The notes under the pieces were generated by a model. The model saw nothing but the letters and a program-made list of their open reading frames with translations, ran no database searches and was not told the origin of the DNA. DNA of 63,441 nt, the filler included, from Octopus bimaculoides (taxonomy: Eukaryota), in assembly GCF_001194135.2 (NCBI RefSeq). It is 3 parts of 3 records of this genome, joined end to end, with 100 filler letters (N's around TTAATTAATTAA, not from the genome) between each part and the next. Parts side by side here need not be neighbours in the genome. Positions count along the whole stretch, not along the records: positions 1 to 29,286 come from NC_068981.1; 2 more parts are not named here. One strand, written 5' to 3'. The translations under genes were made by a program, and so were the position numbers. The stretch's first letter is position 1, and each line of letters begins with the position of its first letter. Below, piece by piece: positions 10,301 to 23,600 of this stretch.

Positions 10301-12916
10301 TTGAAAGCAGAACCATTAACAATCCGGGGGAAAACGCTTAGCGGCATTTCACCAATCTTCATGTTCCACAGAGGTCGACTTAGCTTTTCATCCTATTGGG
10401 ATCTATAAAATAAGTAGCGGTTGAACAATGGGGCCGACGCATTCAACTTGTCCCCAACCGGAAATTGTTAGCCTTGTGTCAAAACTTAGAACCTGTATAT
10501 TTGATACGTTTTTCAAAAGACTTTCTTGCAATCTCATTCGTTTTGAGTGCAACCAGACTGACTCGAGCCATGGTGGTCTGGATATTGTAAGAATGTCAAA
10601 AATTATGTTCAAAATTATTCTGAATACTGCCAGATTAAATCCCTATCAAAACTTACTGAGCATTTTTGGTCAGTGGTCACATGACTCAGATACGGCTCAG
10701 TTTGTTTCTGATGTTGATTTGTTATTCGAACTGGTTGACTTTTCTGGCTGATTAGAGGTCGTCAAGATTAATAATCGATTTCCTAACATTGATCAAGGTT
10801 TTGAGAACTCGTTTATCCTCCTCTCGTTACTTATTGTCTTTCCCCAACCTTCTTCTTCCTCCCCAGAATGTTGATCCTCCTGGAATTTACATCTACGTCC
10901 CTGTTTTTCTTACAACCGTTAAATTAAAACTATTGAAGAGGAATGTTACTCACATCCCTCACCAGTGTTGGAAGGTTTACGCAGGCCGCGGAACCTGCCC
11001 TTTTATCTAGACCTCTATCCTCACCAAATAGCTCTTACTGTTCTTATGATAAACCAAATTGTTCCACGTAACTCCCTTTATAATACTATTTTTCTTAACG
11101 CAAAATTAGGAGTGTACACAAGATAAATTATTTAAGGCAGAAGTTCTTCAGCATTTGAAGTTTCTTTGGGGTTTTTTTAAGGGCAATTTTTAAGTAAGGC
11201 AATTGAATTTCCTTGGAATTGTTTATCCAACTTCAATATAACGGAATCGTGAGCTTTAACAGTTTAGGACTCTAGAAAGCACGGCGTGGCTTAGTGGTTA
11301 GCATATCGGTTTGCGGGTCGTAAGATCGTGAGTTCAATTCCTGAATGTGCGTCGTCTTAGAGCAAAAAACTTAATTCATTCAGCTGGCAAAAATGAGTTG
11401 TACCTGTAATTCAAAGGCACCAGCTTTGTCCCATTCTGTGTCACACTGAATCTCCCTGGGAACTGCGTTGAGGGAACGCGTCTGTGGAGTGCTCAGTTAC
11501 TTGCACAAGGCTGTTTCGTTGATCAGATCAACTGGAAGACTCGTCGTCGCAAGCGACGGAGTGTCCGTTAGGATTCTAGAGCAAAATGCGTATCGCGTTA
11601 TATTTTCGTAAATGGAATTTTAAGGTAAATGAATTGTAATAGATTGCTTTTCTTCGAAAATCTCTTTCTGCAGCTGATCAAGTGTATTTGGATAGTGCCG
11701 ATCTACTGGAGGACTACGTTTTAAATGAGTCTTTAACAATATTCGTTGGCACCAAAGAACAACTCAACTATAAACACTGGTACACAGGACAGGTAAGGCT
11801 TGGCGATGTTTCCAGGTGCAACTTGTCAGTAGTGTGTGTGTGTGTGTACACCTATATAGATGCCCACATACATCTATAAGGAACGTATCTCGTTAATTAA
11901 ACCATTAGACCATGTTCTGTTAGGACACGCATGCTCTCCCCTTTGCTACACGGACACGCAAACACAAACAGACGCCCTCCCATACACACATGAACACGCA
12001 TATGCATGCTCATGCTCATGCTCACGCATAGATAGTTATCAATTTATTCAACATTTATCAACGAAAGCTGTTTAACTGTCTTTGAGGGAGATGTTGTATG
12101 GATGAATGCGTGCGTTTCTGAAGAAAACAGAAAACCAAAACCGCAATATTATGTATATAAAAATGACATAAGTCCGTATTTAAAAAAAAAACACATATAA
12201 TGCACACACTAATAAGTACATACACACACACATACTCTTCTTGGACAAATCACAATGCTGGAATGTAAGTTCAAAAGAAATAGAAAAAGAAATGGGAGAG
12301 ATGTGTCACTGAAGAGATTGTAACAATGCGATGAAATAATTGACAAAAAAAAAACAACAACACAATACTGAACAATAACAAAGGTCCGAACCAGTGCGTG
12401 TGTTTATTATTACCGGCATAATGCCCCTCCCAAAGTTCAATAGAATTTATTTTGAAACGAATTCACATCAAGAATCTTGCAAACCAAATAGAAATACTAC
12501 GTTCTGTTAATTATTAATTATGCCGACTTAGCTTCAAGTAGGAATCTAGTTTTCGTCAGTTTTAGTTTATAGAATTTAACAATTTTGAATTTCTTGTTTG
12601 TCGTGAAGAACTCTACCTATGGCTTTTGTAGGCCTTTCCAGATTGTTTAATCTGCTGTCAGTAGACATGAACTCCCTATCGACCCTCCCATTCTTAACCA
12701 AGTGGAACATCGAGGGAGAGACGACTGCACCGGAAGCAATCGGTTGGTACATTTATTGACGAATAAAATGAAGTACCTTATCCAGACACAACGCACCACT
12801 CTGTCCAGGAATAGAACTCTCAATATCATGAACAGGAGCCTACCACCTTTACCATAAGGCCATATGCAGTATGGCAGAATAGTTAAGTTTGCTTCACAAT
12901 CACAAAGCCCCGGGTT

Positions 12917-12961
<45 letters not shown>

Positions 12962-15900
12962 ATCTGCAGAAGCTACAAAGTAGCTCAGTCTGAGACTGCT
13001 CAAAGCATATACACACATACATATACAAGATAGTCACTTTGAACTTGTCTGGTTCGTTTGTAAGAATAACAAGGAAAAAGTTCCAAAGTGTTTTGGAAGA
13101 TTTCTGGGGAAGGATTGGTTTAAAGTTTCTACGGAATAAGTTTCTATGTAATCCAAAATTTATTATTTTCCAGTTTGATGAAGGTGTTTTGGATTTGACG
13201 CTGTACCTGCTTCGTAAAGCTTTCTCACTCGTAAGTCCGTTGTTCTCCAATCCTGTGACAGTCGTAGAAGGCTTAAATCGAATGGTAAGTGCTTTTCTTA
13301 GTCTTTTTTTGTTAATGCGTAAACATAGATTGGACGATCTATGAGATTGTCTCAACATAGATTGGACGATCTATGAGATTGTCTCAACATAGATTGGACG
13401 ATCNNNNNNNNNNATAGATTGGACGATCTATGAGATTGTCTCAACATAGATTGGACGATCTATGAGATTGTCTCAACATAGATTGGACGATCTATAAGAT
13501 TCTCAAGACAGTAACAGTAAAATATTTCGACAACAAAAGTTTGAAGTTACAAATTAAATATTAATTGTTAACAAAAAGAAAAAAATGTTGTGATAGAAAG
13601 TAGGTCGTGTGGGATGGGCGTCAATAATAGTCACCATCATTTAGAGGAGTGCAGTTGTTGTATTCATCGATTCCTGGAGCCATTGAGCTTCGTTGTGTCA
13701 CAATCAACGATGCACCTTCTATATACATATATAGGCAAGATATGTCAAAGAAAAGGCACCAAAGACGAAATCGTTAATGAGATTTCAATTTGTAAAAAAA
13801 AAACAAAAAAACTACACCTCTAGGAGTCTGAGTTAAAGATCTCTTGTGTTGGTCAAACTGCCAAATATCTTGAGCTTGCTTTTTATTAGACTCGAATGGA
13901 TTAATTGCTTACTGATATCAATCCTTGACGGCATCCTTTTTATTGTTTAGCTCTATTTTTACGTCTGAACACAGTGATTCAGGTTCGATCCCTAGGCAGT
14001 GAGTTGGTGTTTGGGGCTCTGTCAATATGCCTGCTACAACTTCGTGGATTAAGTGAAACTTTCTGAATAAAATCTTGTCCTAACTATAGAACATTTTGAA
14101 AATTGTAAAACGAGTTGGAATAAATTCTTACGGCTACAGGCGGCTAAACTTAAAAGTAGGGTGCATCGGGGTTGGATTAAACTAGCGCTGGTCCTATAGG
14201 GTAGATTATAAAGGAAGCATAAATTAAAACCGAATCTATTTTAACAGATCCTAATTTTTATGACTATTAGTATATTTGAAGGAACACTGTGCATAGATTA
14301 ACTCGTATAGGGGTGAATACAACTTTAATTAGTACCTGGAAACAATCAAAGACCTCTGTCAATTAGCTGCCATTTAATTTTAGTTTGATTAAAAGTGGAT
14401 TGAATCTTAGTTTGAATGTTGGATCAACCTTGAGCAATCAGTGGTCGATAAAGGCGATGTTGTTGTATTCAGCACAGTTTGTAGCCTATTGTGTTCGTAT
14501 TTTGGGTAAACTCGGTATTATGGGTGAGGTAGGGGCAGAGTGGGAGATATATTACGGGTACGTAACTTTATCCACCCTATGAGGATTAAAGGAAGTCAAC
14601 TTTCATGAGATTTGAACTTGGAAATCAATATTTACTTAGTATCTTTGTTCTAACACAACCATAAGGGTAATATCAACTCCAGCATATAGCTGGTATTTTG
14701 AGCTCGGAACAAAACTAATTTCAATTGGAAATTGAACTCGGAACAAACTAAATAATGCACCACATTTTCCTTGGTTCTCTTAGCGATTCTTCCATTTGGC
14801 ATCACTACAGAATGGTAATGTTAACACCAAAGGGTCCCCCATCATTTTCTCTTTCATATGAAGACCCTGCCTTCTAAACTCTTCAGTTAATAGAATCACT
14901 TTAGAACCAGTTAATATGGGATCCTTTATGTCGTCCTTCAGCATGTTAGAAATAACACTACTATCTTAACTGAAGGCCATATTGGTTAAGATATACTGAA
15001 GAAAGGCTGGGTGGTCATCAATCGAACTCGTTTTGATTGAGATCGCTTCGCAATTCTAAAGGTTTTGGTGTTCAGTCTCCTTACTTAGTACCTTACAGAA
15101 GTGAACTCTAAGAAAGCCAGTAATCGTCCAAAACCTTTTTAAGGTTTGGTTGACGGAAACTATGGAAACATCTCTTGTTGCTGTGTGGTAGGTCCCTCGC
15201 CGTTGTTTAACCCATTAAAGCATAGCATCCAGGAAAATGGACGCAGGAATGATTACTATTTTGTACGTGTGTATAGTTTGTATGCAGCGCTTGCTCATTC
15301 ACAGAGCACTAGTTTAGAGGCAGACTATACCAAAAATAAGAGGGAGACGTTGACACAAATGTTTCCTGGTGCTTTTTGAAAAAAAAAAAAAAGAAAATCA
15401 GCTGAGATTATGTAGATTTGGAAATTTTCCTAAAATGAATTTAAAATGTTGGGCTGCAATAGGCAAAGGATTTTCAGAATTCTTTTGCGACATGTGATTG
15501 ACTGGTACCAAACAGACGTTTTCCGTCCACTTTTTAGATAATACCATTAGCTCTGCTACACTTACGGATTTAGTGAGATCACTGTAAATTATTTCTCGTT
15601 CAATTTCTCACGCCATATAACATAATGCTGTTATATTATACACACACGCACAAAACATTTTATGCAATATTTCCCGACTGCTTCATTGTTATATCAATTT
15701 AGGTTGCATACGATTCGAACGCTGTAATGTCTCTGCATTGGTACCAAAGCAACCAGGGAAGCAAACGTCCCACTGCTTGGAGTTCAAGTGTTGAAATTCT
15801 ACATGAATATAAGAAGGGATTAGGAAAAGTACAATATGGCAGTTGTTGGACGAACGCTGCTTTATTGACAACGTGTAAGTATTTCGTACTTAAACAAATT

Positions 15901-17531
15901 TCAGTTCGTTTTAATATCTTCTGCGTGAAATAATTAACTTTTAATGTTAAAGAATTAAAGTTTGATTTCTTGATTGAAACAACTGGGTTATAGAATTGTG
16001 CCAGTAAGACAGTGTTAGATGAAGAACCTGGGGTACTAGATAAAAGGATGGGATTGCGGTATTCATTGGATATAATGTAGTGGTGATTCAAAACATAACC
16101 AGTCAGACACCACGACCAAACCACAATGGCTTCACGTGATCGGTCCATTAAGCAACCAACCAGCGTGAAGCTGTTACATAATTCAATCTTCTAGAATTTT
16201 TTCCTTGTACCCTGTAAAAGAACTGCTTTTGGTGCCTACACTCTTTGCAGAATGTCAAGGCAGCTGAATGACAGTTCTCTATTCTTGCCATGACCAGGAA
16301 GACGGCCAAGAACATCCGTTGTCATGAAGATAGCCCAGATGTTTTCATATATGTTGGGCATGTTGCTATCCCAATAGCTTTCTGTAATCTCAGTCGTATT
16401 GCTCTCACAGTCTGTAATTATTGCTACTGTTAACTGCAACAGGCCAACACAGTTTATCTTTAAGTGTGATAAATTCTGTTAAATATTCATGGGTGTTGTT
16501 CAGTGACTTCTTCCTGCAGCAAAGAAACCTTTTCCTTTAACTCAATTGGCAAATCACAAACAACACATCTTGTAACATTAGTGACAAAGCCAATAACACC
16601 TTTGTGGAAGCAGGGAAATGTTTAAAATGCTCAAATATTAGATTTGAAAAAAAAGCAAAAATATGGCTGAGAGAAATAATGGGAGACAGAATAAATATGA
16701 AAGAAAAGGATAAATCAAGAATTACGTGACTGGATAATATCAAGAAATGGATATTTTTAGAATAGAAAAGGCCATGGTCTTCAAACAATTGAAATTAGAA
16801 CTTAACATGTTGGCTCCCACACGTCCTGCTGGTGGGTCGTGTTGATATGTTAGTGAGTCCTGCCTGACCCACCAACAGGTCATTTTTTAATTTCTTTCCC
16901 ATTAGTTTTCTGAGAGCTGGAATGCTCCGATTACTTTGATTTGTGCTTTTGCTACACTAAGAGAACAATTCTTTACAGATTTTTGATATTATTTTTTTCG
17001 CGTTTTTCTTCTGATTTCACCCTGTAATGAGGTAAAATAAGAGTGAATTTTATTTGCCATTGAAGCAAAAATAGTTCTGGAAAAAATTGGTAGATTTTCC
17101 AATAGGAACAGAAGGGAATGAAAAATATTTAACTTGACATGGAAAGCAAAATAATTCTTTTTGAAAAGATTTCAAGATCTTCCAATAAAAAATACCCCAA
17201 ATTTAATATTGATCACGGATGGGTTGTGTGTTATCTAGGATGTGATATAAACTAGGTACTACACGACCCTCCAGTGGGACGTAGGTATCTAACACTACCT
17301 ATGTGATCCTTGCCTTAAATATGGTATAGCGTAAAAATATTATGCCACTCATGTCAAAATTAAGATATCATATTGGGACCCTGGGATAAGATGTAAAATG
17401 AGGCTCAGGAGTCAGGATGTTAAAATACAAAGGGCCATGGTCTTTCAAAGTGTTGAAAGCAGAACTTATTTTTATTAAGTTTTTGTAATTCTGGTTATTT
17501 TGTTGTTACTAATCTTTGAAATACTACCAGA

Positions 17532-17624
<93 letters not shown>

Positions 17625-20600
17625 TAACTCAAACTATTTGACATTTTTGCTTAGTTTGCCGTGCTCTTGGAATTCCTGCTCGTGTGGTCACCTCTTTTCA
17701 ATCGAATCATGATATGAACACTTATAGACTCGGTCACCATTATTTAACAAAACCCGACTCACTAAAACGACTGCCTCATCTCACCCGTCAGTCTATCTGG
17801 TAAGTACTGCTTTTAAAATTTTTTTTCAGTATCTTAGTCATTATTTCTTTGTTGGTAGAACACAATATTTGGTAGGCTGTGTTTAGGTAAGAATGACACC
17901 TATAAATCTCCTTATTTTTTATTACTCGGACTATTTCACTTTATATATGTCCAACAATTATTTGTACAAACCAACAGACAAGAGATGGTGAATGTGATAG
18001 TCTCCATTGCATTAAAATATTTTAGTTATTTATAAGGGGTCTGACTGGCTCCCGTGCCAGTGGCATGTAAAAAGCACCATCCGAAGGTGGCCGATGGCAG
18101 TGTGCCCTGACTGGCTCCTGTGCTGGTGGCACATAAAAGCACTACCCAAACGTGATTGATGTCAATCCCCACCCAACCCCCGACTGGCTCTTGTGCCGGT
18201 GGCACGTAAAAGCACCCACAACACTCTTGGAGTGGTTGGTGTTAGGAAGGGCATCCAGCTGTAGAAACATTGCCAGATCAGATTGGAGCCTGGTGCATCC
18301 ATTGGCTTTCCAAACCAGTCAAACAGTCCAACCCATGCCAGCATGGAAGATGGATGTTAAATGATGATAATGATGATAGAAATCATTTATGCTTATTAAA
18401 GACAGAATAAGTAGAAAAATGAGAATACTTTATCACAAAACTGGCTGCCAGTTCTGTTTAGCACCTGAGATTTTGTTTGGGAGTTGAAAATACCAGTCAA
18501 AACTTCAAGAATTCATGTAGTACAAACGGGGAAAACTCACAAAACCTACTTTCGAGTTTACCCTTTTGGTACTAACCTGGCTGAAATCACATCTGGCTCT
18601 GTAATACAAATGTCTTGTTTTCAAAAGCTTTGAATTAAAATCTTCCAAATCGTAACGCTAGCTTAATGATGACAGTTATTTTACTAAATTCTTTATTATT
18701 AGAAAATTACTATTTTTAAATGTCACAACGAGAGATATTCAGCAACAGTACTTTGGAGTAAAGATTGTTTGCCAACATAACATGGCAATCATGGTTTAGG
18801 ATGAATGTTGCTGTAATTTAACCCCAGGAGACATCATCTCCAGCTGGCTATACGACACAATCTGTGTCCTTATATTTTCGAAAATATAAGGATACAGATT
18901 GTGTCATATAGCCATCTGGAGACGATGTCTCCTGGGGCTAAATTACAGCAACATTCATCCTAAACCAGGACTGCCATGTTATGTTGGCAAACAATCTTTA
19001 CTACAATACATTTTTGTTATATTTAAAATTAATTGAAAGAATCACAGAGCGTCTCAACAGAAATATGGTAACAAAAGGGTTAAAATATATAATAGAGAAA
19101 CAATTCTTAACCCTTTTGATACCAACCCAGCTGAAACCAGCTCAGGCTCTGTAGTACAAAAGTCTTGTTTTCAAAAGTTCTGAATTAAAATCTTACACTA
19201 AACCTTACTCAAAATTTATGTTCCTAACACCAGCTTAAGTTATTTTACTAAATTCTTTGTTATAAGAAACACAGAGCATCTCAAAATAAATCCGGTAACA
19301 AAAGGGTTAAACACCAGCTCATCTGATTGGTCAAACTTTATTCTCATAGGCATTAATGTCTTTTATGGCTTCAGTTAATTTATTGTTGCTGGTCTTTTGC
19401 CTTTTATGGCAACAAAGTTATCCTGGGAAAATTAGTGAGATGGTTGAACATTAGAAGACTCGCTGTAGTTCTTTCAAGCTCATAAAAATTGACTTTTGAA
19501 ATGTCTTATCTACTCGAAGCATTATTCTTTAAATTGCAAACAATTTTACATAGGTATTCTTGCACAGGATGATGCCAAAATTTGTCAGAATTCACTTCTA
19601 TATAGATAGATAGATAGATGGATAGATAGATATAGATAGATAGATAGATACAGAACATTCCATCCTTGTAATACAATTTAATTTCTCTCATGTGGTCTAT
19701 TTTTGGTAATAGCCTTGGAATGGTTCATGCTTTTTACAATAACTTTCCCATTCTTTTAGAAATGTTTTGGTGTAGACCAGGGCTGGCCAACTTGTGGCCT
19801 GTAGACTTGCCGCTCGCAGGCTTGTGGCACACAGGCTTGCAGCCCACACTATTGAAATGGGTTTATTTAAACAAACATTTAAAAAATTTTATCAAACATT
19901 AAAGATTGTAATGAAAAGTAAAAAAGAAAGACATGACCGTTTTTACGATATTTCCTGTTGAATCAACGATTATTCATTCATTATTGTAATAATAGCATGA
20001 GAAAACAAAATGCTTTCAATTCTGTCAGTATATAAGCAGCCCTCAAAACTTTCTGTGATTAAAGTGGCCCTTAATGTAATTGGAGTTGGCCAGGCCTGGT
20101 CTAGAAGTACAATTGACATGTGACTTTTTTTACTGAGCATTCATCAGTTTGAGACACTTTTATATTTCACTGAATTTAAATGTTAATATTTGACAATCTC
20201 GGAAGTAATCCAATCTTATTTTTGCTTCAGGAATTTTCATGTATGGATGGATGCATGGATACTCAGGCCGGATCTGCCATCTGGTCATGGTTGGCATGCT
20301 GTAGAGCCAACACCTAAAAAACTGGAATTTGGTAATTTTTGGAATTTTGAAGATTGCATTTCTAAATCAGCTGAACATGAATTTCTTGTGACTCCATGTA
20401 TTTTGACTCTTATCCTGAAATACTTTAACATGGAAAAATAATTTAATGGCGATGGTGACTTTAAACAAAAAAAAATTAAGATTGTAAAATATAAAACGAA
20501 TGTTGAAATCTTTGTTGATGGGTCACCAAATAAGGTATCACAGAATGGAAATTCACAAGAGTCTCTGGTTATGATGTGGTTGTTGGATGATGAGGATAAC

Positions 20601-23600
20601 ATTCTTTCAACATTTATTTTAGTTACATGACTGTCAAAAGATGGAGTTGGAGAAAATTTCACTGTAGATTAACATGAAGTTTAAATATCAGGTCATCCCG
20701 TAAGTTCTGTCAGAATTTTGAATTAAGAAAACAAGTGATCAAATTATATTTAATTGAAATTTAATCATCAATGTACTTTCCCTGATTATCTATGACTTCC
20801 TTCCATCTACTTACAAGCTTTTTAATCCCATCAATATAAAACTCTTGGTTTCAAAGCAAAGAACTCTGAAATGTCGGTTTCGACCTCCTCCTGACTTGCG
20901 AAAGTTATGTCCCCCAAATGATTCTGTAAACTACCAAATAAATGGTAGTCTGAAGGAGCAAGGTCGGTAGAATAAGGTGGATGAGGAATTTTTTCCCAAC
21001 CAAGTTCTTCGATCTTCTGAGATGTGATCTTTGCAGTGTGGGGCTGCGCATTGTCCTGATGAAACATCACTCTTTTTTGATTCACTAAAGTGGGTCTTTT
21101 TTCCTTCAAAGCTTGGTTCAAACGCTCTAATTGCTGACAGTAGACTTGCATTAGGTGGTAACAATTCAAANNNNNNNNNNNNNNNNNNNNNNNNNNNNNN
21201 NNNNNNNNNNNNNNNNNNNNNNNNNNNNNNNNNNNNNNNNNNNNNNNNNNNNNNNNNNNNNNNNNNNNNNNNNNNNNNNNNNNNNNNNNNNNNNNNNNNN
21301 NNNNNNNNNNNNNNNNNNNNNNNNNNNNNNNNNNNNNNNNNNNNNNNNNNNNNNNNNNNNNNNNNNNNNNNNNNNNNNNNNNNNNNNNNNNNNNNNNNNN
21401 NNNNNNNNNNNNNNNNNNNNNNNNNNNNNNNNNNNNNNNNNNNNNNNNNNNNNNNNNNNNNNNNNNNNNNNNNNNNNNNNNNNNNNNNNNNNNNNNNNNN
21501 NNNNNNNNNNNNNNNNNNNNNNNNNNNNNNNNNNNNNNNNNNNNNNNNNNNNNNNNNNNNNNNNNNNNNNNNNNNNNNNNNNNNNNNNNNNNNNNNNNNN
21601 NNNNNNNNNNNNNNNNNNNNNNNNNNNNNNNNNNNNNNNNNNNNNNNNNNNNNNNNNNNNNNNNNNNNNNNNNNNNNNNNNNNNNNNNNNNNNNNNNNNN
21701 NNNNNNNNNNNNNNNNNNNNNNNNNNNNNNNNNNNNNNNNNNNNNNNNNNNNNNNNNNNNNNNNNNNNNNNNNNNNNNNNNNNNNNNNNNNNNNNNNNNN
21801 NNNNNNNNNNNNNNNNNNNNNNNNNNNNNNNNNNNNNNNNNNNNNNNNNNNNNNNNNNNNNNNNNNNNNNNNNNNNNNNNNNNNNNNNNNNNNNNNNNNN
21901 NNNNNNNNNNTAAATGTACACAAATGCATAAAAATAACTTTTAATTCCATTAGACATTCTAAAATATTAAATTTCATTCAATTTTAAAAAAGGTAAAATT
22001 GGACAGAACTTATGGGATGACCTGATATATACGCACGCACGCACGCACGCACGCACGCACACACGCATGTATTGTGATACAAGTTTTAAGGTTATTTTTT
22101 ACTGATATTTTTTTTCATCATTTAACGTCTGATTTCCATGCTGGCATGGGTTGGACGATTTGACTGGGGACTGGTGGACCAGATGGCTACACCAAACTCC
22201 AATCTGATCTGGCAGAGTTTCTACAGCTGGATACCCTTCCTAACGCCAACCACTCTGAGAGTGTAGTGGGTGCTTTTACGTGCCACCAGCACGAAGGCCA
22301 GTTCGGCGGTACTAGCAACGGCCATGCTCAAATGGTGTTTTTTTACGTGCCACCTCCACAGGAGTCAGTCCAGTGTTTTGTTCACATGCCACTGGCACGA
22401 GTGCCAGTAAGGCGAAGCTGGAAATGATCACGCTCAAATGGTGCTTTTTGCGTGCCACCATCAAGGAAGCGAGACCACTGCTCTGGCAGTGATCTCATTC
22501 GGATTAAGGCACAATAATCTGTCAGAATAGGGCACAGGACATTTTAAAACCTAGAACTCACATTTGAACTACATGTGAATATTTATGTGCATGATGGATA
22601 AACACTGCTTGATATTGAGTGAAGGGGGAGGCCTGATGTGAGGTGGAGTTGTGTAAAATTGAAGAGTTCTAAGTTCAACAAAAAAAAAAAACAAAGTGGG
22701 TGCATTGTTATGTGTAGACAAATCTAGGCTATATTGCCATAGCAAATGTTAAAGTTGTTGCCAATATTGAGGTAATGATGTCAGTTTGTTTGCATAGTTT
22801 CACACCAGAATCACTGATGGATGGAATGATTTGTTTTCACAGGAAGGAATGTGTATGGCCCGACACCTCTCTCCTTAATTAAAGAAGCAAATATCGGAAC
22901 TGGGTACGACGTGAACAATTTTTTTCATGACCTGAATGTAGAATCTGCCCATTACATTCGATCATTAAAAGGTTGGTCACTTTTCCAAGTGGATGCAGAT
23001 ATGTAAGTTTAAGTTTTACCATAATGTAGTGAACAAACTAAAATTAGTGGATATTTCTATGTGACTTCTATTAACTCAGGTTTGTAGCTGATATAAATGT
23101 TGGGTGATTTTCTCCAGTCGAGCTTTTCAATGTAAAGAGATGTGGAGAGAAAAACTACTAACATAAAATTTTATTTAACATCTTATTTCTTTATTGCCCT
23201 GAGGTGGGGGGATAAACATAGAGGGGACAAACAAGGACTGTCAAAAGGATTAAGTCGATTACATCGACCCCAGTGCATAACTGGTACTTGATTCATCGAC
23301 CCCGAAACGATGAAAAGCAAAGTTGACCTCAGCAGAATTTGAACTCTGAGTGTAACAGCAGACAAAACACTGCTAGGCATTTTGCCCGGCGTGCTAAATA
23401 TTTCTGCTAGCTCGCCGCCTTCCATGCTGGCATGGGTGGGATTGTTTACCAACTTCGGCCAAACCGTTCAACTCATGCCAGCATGGAAAGCAGATGCTAA
23501 ATGTTGACGACGACTATGGGTAATGTCAGGAAATGACATACAATAATTATAAATTAATTTCTATAAAATTAATCATAGTGGCAAAAGTATACGTCCAAAG

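Noticed and set aside
11283-11345. tRNA genes (also 28400-28550, 57928-57990 and 62310-62364)
   Set aside because: These are tRNA-like heads fused to repeated SINE bodies or with broken stems; treated as SINE-derived.
13322-13505. CRISPR-like array of 32-bp palindromic repeats
   Set aside because: Units are directly adjacent with no unique spacers, there are no cas genes, and the context is a eukaryotic intron.
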